A stretch of 62,221 bases of DNA from positions 1 through 62,221 of the forward strand of contig JAAXHD010000427.1 of the NCBI GenBank assembly GCA_012271015.1, given 5' to 3'. The notes under the pieces were generated by a model that had not been told where the DNA came from, ran no database searches, and saw only the letters and a program-made list of their open reading frames with translations. The DNA is from Candidatus Poribacteria bacterium (GTDB lineage: Bacteria > Poribacteria > WGA-4E > WGA-3G). Made by a program: the position numbers and the translations under genes. Shown piece by piece: positions 57,173-62,221 of the stretch. The stretch's first letter is position 1, and each line of letters begins with the position of its first letter.

Positions 57173-57997
57173 ATGTCAACACCTCGACTCTCAGTCTCAA
57201 CGTGGAGTTTGCATCGACAACTCGGAAAACCCGGGTTCACTGGCCCCGCGCACGGCATGCAAATCCCAGTTGAAACCCACAACAAGGGACCTATTTCACT
57301 TCTGGAGTTACCTGCACGTGTCGCCGAATTCGGTATTCACACCTTAGAGATTTGCCATTTCCATCTACCTTCTGTTGAGAAAACATATCTCACGGAACTT
57401 CGCGCCGCACTCGCGGATGCGGACGTTGAGCTTTTTTCTCTGTTGATTGACGATGGCGACATTACCCATCCTACTGATGCCGCACGCGACATCGCGTGGA
57501 TTGAAAAATGGATTGACATCGCTGGCGAACTCGGTGCAAAATGTGCACGCGTCATTGGTGGTAAAGCCGATCCGTCCGCGGAAACCGTGGCACAGAGCCG
57601 CGCTGTCCTCGCACAATTCACCGAACGGGCTGATACCGCGGGCATCCGTTTAATGAGTGAAAACTGGTTCTCCATCTTTTCTACGCCTGAAAACGTCAAT
57701 ACCATTTTAGATGGGTTGGACGGTAAGGTAGGGCTATGTCTCGACTTCGGCAACTGGCGTGGCGATACAAAATATAAAGATCTCGCCGCGATCGCTTCGT
57801 GGGCAGAGTCGTGTCATACCAAAGCGCATTTCGCAGCCCCGCGTGAAATGGACAAGGAAGATTACGTCCAATGCCTTGATCTCGCCCAGAAAGCAGGTTT
57901 CGCTGGACCGCATACCCTCATCTATGACGGCCCCGGCGACGATGAATGGGAAGGCTTGGCACTGGAGCGTGAAGTCGTGAACCCATACCTCAATTAG
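57173..57997 (+). CDS. sugar phosphate isomerase/epimerase (xylose isomerase-like TIM barrel)
   Basis: FGIHTLEICHFH...ENWFS...LCLDFGNW pattern. Confidence 0.8.
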   Translation: MSTPRLSVSTWSLHRQLGKPGFTGPAHGMQIPVETHNKGPISLLELPARVAEFGIHTLEICHFHLPSVEKTYLTELRAALADADVELFSLLIDDGDITHPTDAARDIAWIEKWIDIAGELGAKCARVIGGKADPSAETVAQSRAVLAQFTERADTAGIRLMSENWFSIFSTPENVNTILDGLDGKVGLCLDFGNWRGDTKYKDLAAIASWAESCHTKAHFAAPREMDKEDYVQCLDLAQKAGFAGPHTLIYDGPGDDEWEGLALEREVVNPYLN

Positions 57998-58104
57998 AGA
58001 CGACGTTCTCGTGTGGGTATGATGGATGTTACAATCCTATAACCTCAGCGAATTGCTTGCTCGTGGCAAAGCACCGAGCCAGGAAATTGGAAGGTGAAGA
58101 TAGG

Positions 58105-58869
58105 ATGAATAACGAATTTATCTCAATCATGACAGACCGCATTGTGCGCGAGTTTGACCCGCTACAGATTATCCTCTTCGGTTCACAAGCACGCGGAGAC
58201 GCAGATCAGCATAGCGATATAGATCTATTGGTCGTTTTTTCGGAACTCACGGATAAACGGAAAACTGCCATTGACATTGGGCGCGCACTATCTGATGTGC
58301 CCGTGGCAAAGGACATCATCGTATCAACACCGGAAGAGTTGGAACGCGGTCGCACGCGGATCGGATCCGTGCTGCGGTATGCCCAACAAGAGGGTAAAAT
58401 CCTTTGGAAGAACTTGAACACAGTCACGCACAAAGAGGTAAAGTCTTCTATACAAACAGCCGATAGACTTGCCGACACTGCCCGCTGGCTCCGCTATGCA
58501 GAAGAGGACTTGGTAACCGCCGAAACTCTTTTAAAACAGCCACACGTACCGCCTCGCCAATCCTGTTGGCACGCGCAACAAGCTGCTGAAAAGGCACTAA
58601 AAGCAGCATTAATTTTCTTACAGATCGATTTTCGAAGAACGCATAACTTGAATGTTCTACGGGATTTGTTGCCTGATAACTGGCAACTCAAGACCGCACC
58701 GTCAAATTTGGGGGACCTAAACAGATGGGCAGTAGAAGCCCGCTACCCGGAGCACACGCGAGAAGCCACCACAGCAGATGCATCCAAGTCTGTTGAACAA
58801 GCACGCGCTGTCTGGACATCTATATCTACTGCGCTCGCACAACACGGTTATCAGGCAGAGCAAGATTAG
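58105..58869 (+). CDS. fused nucleotidyltransferase (MNT) - HEPN domain protein
   Basis: N-terminus: LFGSQARGDADQHSDIDLLVV (GS...D.D minimal NTase). C-terminus: AQQAAEKALKAALIF...RRTHNLNVL...EARYPE (HEPN). ATG 58105. Confidence 0.85.
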   Translation: MNNEFISIMTDRIVREFDPLQIILFGSQARGDADQHSDIDLLVVFSELTDKRKTAIDIGRALSDVPVAKDIIVSTPEELERGRTRIGSVLRYAQQEGKILWKNLNTVTHKEVKSSIQTADRLADTARWLRYAEEDLVTAETLLKQPHVPPRQSCWHAQQAAEKALKAALIFLQIDFRRTHNLNVLRDLLPDNWQLKTAPSNLGDLNRWAVEARYPEHTREATTADASKSVEQARAVWTSISTALAQHGYQAEQD

Positions 58870-58878
58870 GAATAAAAA

Positions 58879-59721
58879 ATGTTTTCATTCTCACAGACAC
58901 AAAACAGTTTAACCGTTGCTTGGGATGGACAACAGGTCTTAGGCTATCATTTCCCTGAAGACGGCAACCGTCCTTTTTGCCATCCATTGAACTTACCCGG
59001 TGCCCCACCGCTCACGATGAACGAGCCCGGGGACCACGTCCACCATCAAGGTCTATGGGTGGCTTGGAAAAAGGTGAACGAAGTCAATTTTTGGGAACAA
59101 CCGACACCCGGTAGCGATCCAACAGGTTTCGGCAAAATCGTCCATCAGCGGATTGTCGCGCAAACTGCAGATGCCGACAGTGCACATTTGGTAGCTGAGA
59201 ACGCGTGGATAGATTGGCAAGGCATGACGCATCTAACGGAACAGCGCGAGATAACCGTCCATCCACCGACAATGGATACTATGCAGATTTCCGTGTCGTT
59301 GACGTTGCATCCAAACGAGCGTGAGGTCGTTTTGGATCTACGGCGCGGTGAGCCCGGTGCAGACGGCAGATTCTACAGCGGTTTGGCGATCCGATTTGAC
59401 AATATCATCACACCGGGGAACCTATTGGATGCCGATGGACGTACCGAACCGATGGACATCTTCGGTGAGCAGAGTCGTTGGTGCAGCTTCACTTCACAAC
59501 ACCCCACTGACAACGAAACCTACGGGGTCGCTATCGTTGATCACCCCGATAATCCGCGTTATCCGACGACGTGGTGGGTACGCAACCGGGAGAACTACTG
59601 TTTAATCCATCCCTCACTTGTCTACTACGAACCGCTCCGGCTTGCCCCCGATGAAACTTTGAATCTGCGGTATCGTGTTGTTCTTTATCGCGGTGAACCC
59701 AACGCAGCGTTATTTGAATAG
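58879..59721 (+). CDS. PmoA-like DUF6807 family protein
   Basis: FCHPLNLPGAPPLT...GDHVHHQGLWVAWKKVN pattern recalled for this family. Confidence 0.6.
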   Translation: MFSFSQTQNSLTVAWDGQQVLGYHFPEDGNRPFCHPLNLPGAPPLTMNEPGDHVHHQGLWVAWKKVNEVNFWEQPTPGSDPTGFGKIVHQRIVAQTADADSAHLVAENAWIDWQGMTHLTEQREITVHPPTMDTMQISVSLTLHPNEREVVLDLRRGEPGADGRFYSGLAIRFDNIITPGNLLDADGRTEPMDIFGEQSRWCSFTSQHPTDNETYGVAIVDHPDNPRYPTTWWVRNRENYCLIHPSLVYYEPLRLAPDETLNLRYRVVLYRGEPNAALFE

Positions 59722-59912
59722 ATTTTCTGACCCTTTTGATAAGTCGGTTTTGGTGGAGTTTAGAAAGGTTTTTCTGTCCTAAAATTCTCTTGCAATTTTC
59801 TGCGAATCCACGTATGCTTTAAAGGTAACTTAAGTTAACATCTGTATTCTAAAGAGTGGTTTTTAATACCTGTAGCGATAAGAAACAGAGGACCTACAAC
59901 GGGAGGTGCATT

Positions 59913-61757
59913 GTGAATACTTCAACCCCTACCCTTGAAGAAACCAGCGTCGGTTCCATCCACGTTGAAGAACTGCCACCCATAGAAATAGACGAAACTG
60001 AACTTGTATACCACCAACTCTGTCCCGCTGATGATTTTCAGGAACTGGAAGGGAAACCTTTTCATATCAACGGTACGCATCTGGCTGTTTTCAAGTCCGG
60101 TGACAAATTTTACGCCGTTGACAATCGTTGCCCACATATGGGGTATCCGATGTCCAAAGGGAGTGTCCGCGATGGTGTGCTTATCTGTCACTGGCACCAT
60201 TGGGAATTCGATCTCAAGTCAGGGGCGTGTTTTTTGGCATTCGGGGATGACCTGAAAGCGTTTCCGGTTGAAGCGCGGGATGATGGTTATTTGTACGTCG
60301 GGTTAGCAAAAGGTGAGAAAGAGGCAGCAAAACGGCGAGTCATTGACCGTGGCAAACGCGCACTTGAGCGTGGACTCAAAGACCGCAGTACCTTCTTTAT
60401 CGCCAAAGCCGTTACAGCACTGCGTGATGCCGGTGCGGCACCAGCGGAGATTATTCAACAGGGACTCCACTATGGAGCACATAAAAGTAGTGATGGATGG
60501 TCGTCAGGTGTCGCTATCCTCACACTCGCCGCGAACCTATGGGATGACATTGACCCGAAAGACCATAATCTGTTCCTCGTGCACGGGTTAAGCCAGATTA
60601 GCCGTAGGACAACGGGAAGTTCACGTCCCTACCGCGCACCCTTTCCAAGAGTGAGCGAGGAACACGACTTGGAAACATTGAAGCGATGGTTCCGCTATTT
60701 TGTCGATAAACGCCACGCTGGTGCCGCGGAACGCATTTTGCTAACGCTTAATGATCGGGACTACGATAAATCGGTCATCGCAGATTTCGTATACACGGCA
60801 GCAACGGACTTCTACTTCACCGGCGACGGGCACGCCCTTGATTTTGCCAACAAGATGTTTGAAGCGCTGGATTACGTCAAGTGGGAAGGATCACACGAGA
60901 TTTTACGCCCGATTGTTGTTGATTTGGTCAGTAGAACACGGCATGAAGAGACCTCTCGATGGGCTGACGCTGTACCTGTCTTAGAGCCTGTCTTTGAGAG
61001 ACTCGATAGTATATGGGAAGACAATCAAGCGAACGAAGCAGATCTGGATATTTCGGACTTTACGCAGACCCTGCTCGGTGACGATTTTGAACCCATTGTC
61101 GCGGAAGTTGAGCGGAACATTCGTAAAGGGGTCAAGTTGACCGAGATCTGCCGAGCGATGACCTATGCCTCGGCAGTGCGTACTGCCCGTTTCCATCTCA
61201 AAAACGAAGGGGACTGGCACGATGTCGCGAACATTTACTCGTACGCTCACGCCCTTTATCACGCTTTCCAGTATGCACCGAGTGCGAATCTCCTGCGCGG
61301 AATCTTTCATGGTGTCGTTTACTTGGCATATCTACGTTGGTTGAACATGCCTGCCGCCCGCGTTCCGAGACCCGGACAACGGATACCTGATGAAACTTAC
61401 GACTCCGTTGGCAAAATGTTGGATCGACTCCAAGAGTTCGCTGACTTCCAAAAGGTTTACGAGGCGGAAATTCTTGTGAATCAGTATCTCGAAGAAGGGC
61501 ATGACATTGGCGCGCTGAAACAAGCACTCGCACACATTCTGCTACGTGAAGATGCCGAGCTTCACATGTTCCAGGTCCTCGAAGTCGCCTTCCGACATTA
61601 CGAATTGTCAGACGATTTTGAAGAACAACGGATGCATTTGTTAGCAGCGACACGTTACATCACGGCTCAGAAACTGATGAAGAACATTTTGTGGTCTACT
61701 GAGAACGCGGAACGTCTCGCGCGCGGTGAGTTGCTTAGCGAACGCGACGATGATTAA
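59913..61757 (+). CDS. Rieske [2Fe-2S] domain protein fused to a ~480-aa helical domain of unknown function
   Basis: CPHMGYPM...CHWHHWEF Rieske ligands. GTG 59913 is preceded by GGGAGG. Confidence 0.8.
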   Translation: MNTSTPTLEETSVGSIHVEELPPIEIDETELVYHQLCPADDFQELEGKPFHINGTHLAVFKSGDKFYAVDNRCPHMGYPMSKGSVRDGVLICHWHHWEFDLKSGACFLAFGDDLKAFPVEARDDGYLYVGLAKGEKEAAKRRVIDRGKRALERGLKDRSTFFIAKAVTALRDAGAAPAEIIQQGLHYGAHKSSDGWSSGVAILTLAANLWDDIDPKDHNLFLVHGLSQISRRTTGSSRPYRAPFPRVSEEHDLETLKRWFRYFVDKRHAGAAERILLTLNDRDYDKSVIADFVYTAATDFYFTGDGHALDFANKMFEALDYVKWEGSHEILRPIVVDLVSRTRHEETSRWADAVPVLEPVFERLDSIWEDNQANEADLDISDFTQTLLGDDFEPIVAEVERNIRKGVKLTEICRAMTYASAVRTARFHLKNEGDWHDVANIYSYAHALYHAFQYAPSANLLRGIFHGVVYLAYLRWLNMPAARVPRPGQRIPDETYDSVGKMLDRLQEFADFQKVYEAEILVNQYLEEGHDIGALKQALAHILLREDAELHMFQVLEVAFRHYELSDDFEEQRMHLLAATRYITAQKLMKNILWSTENAERLARGELLSERDDD

Positions 61758-61872
61758 TATCGATTAAACGGATTTAGCGATTTCTAACGTTTCGGGCTTC
61801 CCACTACTTTCGTGGTAGGCGGAAGCCCGTCTCCTTTCGCATTCCGGCTTACCCGATAGCACTGGGAGATAA

Positions 61873-62127
61873 GTCCCTGTCGAGGATATGCGCATCGCGA
61901 CTGCATGGCGAGTTAAGTCGCACATCACCCGTCCCGAACCAAATCTGGAATTCGGTGCAGGCGTTCCAATACAGGTGGGGGGACACGCATGGGCAGGTGA
62001 AAACCGGATTGATAAAGTTATGGTCTCCACAGATTTCGGTCTGCAGTGGCAAGAAACCGAATTGATTCCTCCATCAAACAGATACGCTTGGTATCATTGG
62101 GAAACCGAGCTCATTCGCGAAACCTAA
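61873..62127 (+). pseudogene. isolated Mo-co oxidoreductase dimerisation (sulfite-oxidase C-terminal Ig-like) domain remnant
   Basis: VKSHITRPEP...VPIQVGGHAWAGENRIDKVMVSTDFGLQWQETELIPPSNRYAWYHWE. The frame is closed by TAA at 61870-61872, so the catalytic Mo domain is missing. Confidence 0.6.
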
Positions 62128-62142
62128 GCCCGTAATGTGAAT

Positions 62143-62197
62143 GGTTGTCGGTGGTCAGTTGTTGGTAAAGAGGTTTTCGTTTAACAAAACCCTCTTT
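62143..62197. repeat. heptamer array plus aagaggtttt hairpin module
   Basis: ggttgtc ggtggtc agttgtt ggt, then aaagaggttttcgtttaacaaaaccctcttt. The same module occurs at 16332-16362 and 50593-50625. Confidence 0.75.
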
Positions 62198-62221
62198 ACG
62201 TGAGTTTGAAAATAAAAATTG

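Overview
This is a 62.2-kb window with roughly 50% GC by eye. It looks like an uncultivated Gram-negative heterotroph. Three PhyH dioxygenases, PD40 propellers, LamG, a PmoA-like DUF6807 protein, Gfo/Idh/MocA and xylose-isomerase-like TIM genes recall PVC- or Poribacteria-type genomes, but that is inference only. No rRNA, tRNA, CRISPR array, transposase or integrase was seen.

Gene order:
(1) 0.7-6.9 kb: a MacB/FtsX-type permease, two ABC-2-type permease-like proteins, and an ECF sigma factor fused in frame to a truncated FtsZ GTPase domain.
(2) 7-11.5 kb: an S9 peptidase, then a CBM9/DUF5916 gene broken by an in-frame TAA.
(3) 12.1-22 kb: a STAS protein and a second, paralogous copy of the module. 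It runs ECF sigma with ~380-aa C-terminal extension, ABC-2 pair, second ECF sigma with the same extension, MacB-type permease, then a decapitated ABC ATPase remnant.
(4) 22-24.6 kb: a secreted LamG protein and a GH-A-like protein.
(5) 24.7-34 kb: a complete F1Fo ATP synthase operon (atpZ-like, I, B, E, F, H, A, G, DUF1992, D, C). Its spacers are unusually long and repeat-filled, and a DnaJC28-like DUF1992 gene sits between gamma and beta.
(6) 34-42.3 kb, mostly minus strand: PhyH dioxygenases, an AKR, an M42 peptidase, an SDR, and a DUF3179 gene with an in-frame TGA exactly at the first Cys of its CPLC motif.
(7) 42.3-47.4 kb: two copies of a cassette (small secreted protein plus PD40 propeller) behind a consensus sigma-54 promoter with palindromic upstream sites, divergent from a sensor-less sigma-54 activator.
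(8) 47.4-53.7 kb: HpcH-type aldolase, Gfo/Idh/MocA oxidoreductase and a CoxM/S/L-type molybdenum hydroxylase.
(9) 53.7-58.9 kb: HicAB, an alpha/beta hydrolase, a low-GC islet with a gamma-class N6-adenine methyltransferase plus two unknown small ORFs, a TIM-barrel isomerase and a fused MNT-HEPN protein.
(10) 58.9-62.2 kb: a PmoA-like protein, a Rieske-domain fusion protein and a Mo-co dimerisation-domain remnant.

Intergenic DNA is saturated with at least three short repeat families. One is a ~110-130-bp element whose end supplies an AAGGA/A-rich leader and often the ATG of the downstream gene. The second is heptanucleotide tandem arrays forming inverted arms. The third is GTAG-headed REP-like palindromes.

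Best candidates for new biology: the sigma-FtsZ fusion with the duplicated sigma/permease modules that have no ATPase; the UPLC selenocysteine candidate; the portable-leader repeat; the sigma-54 cassette; and a C-terminal motif shared by secreted proteins.
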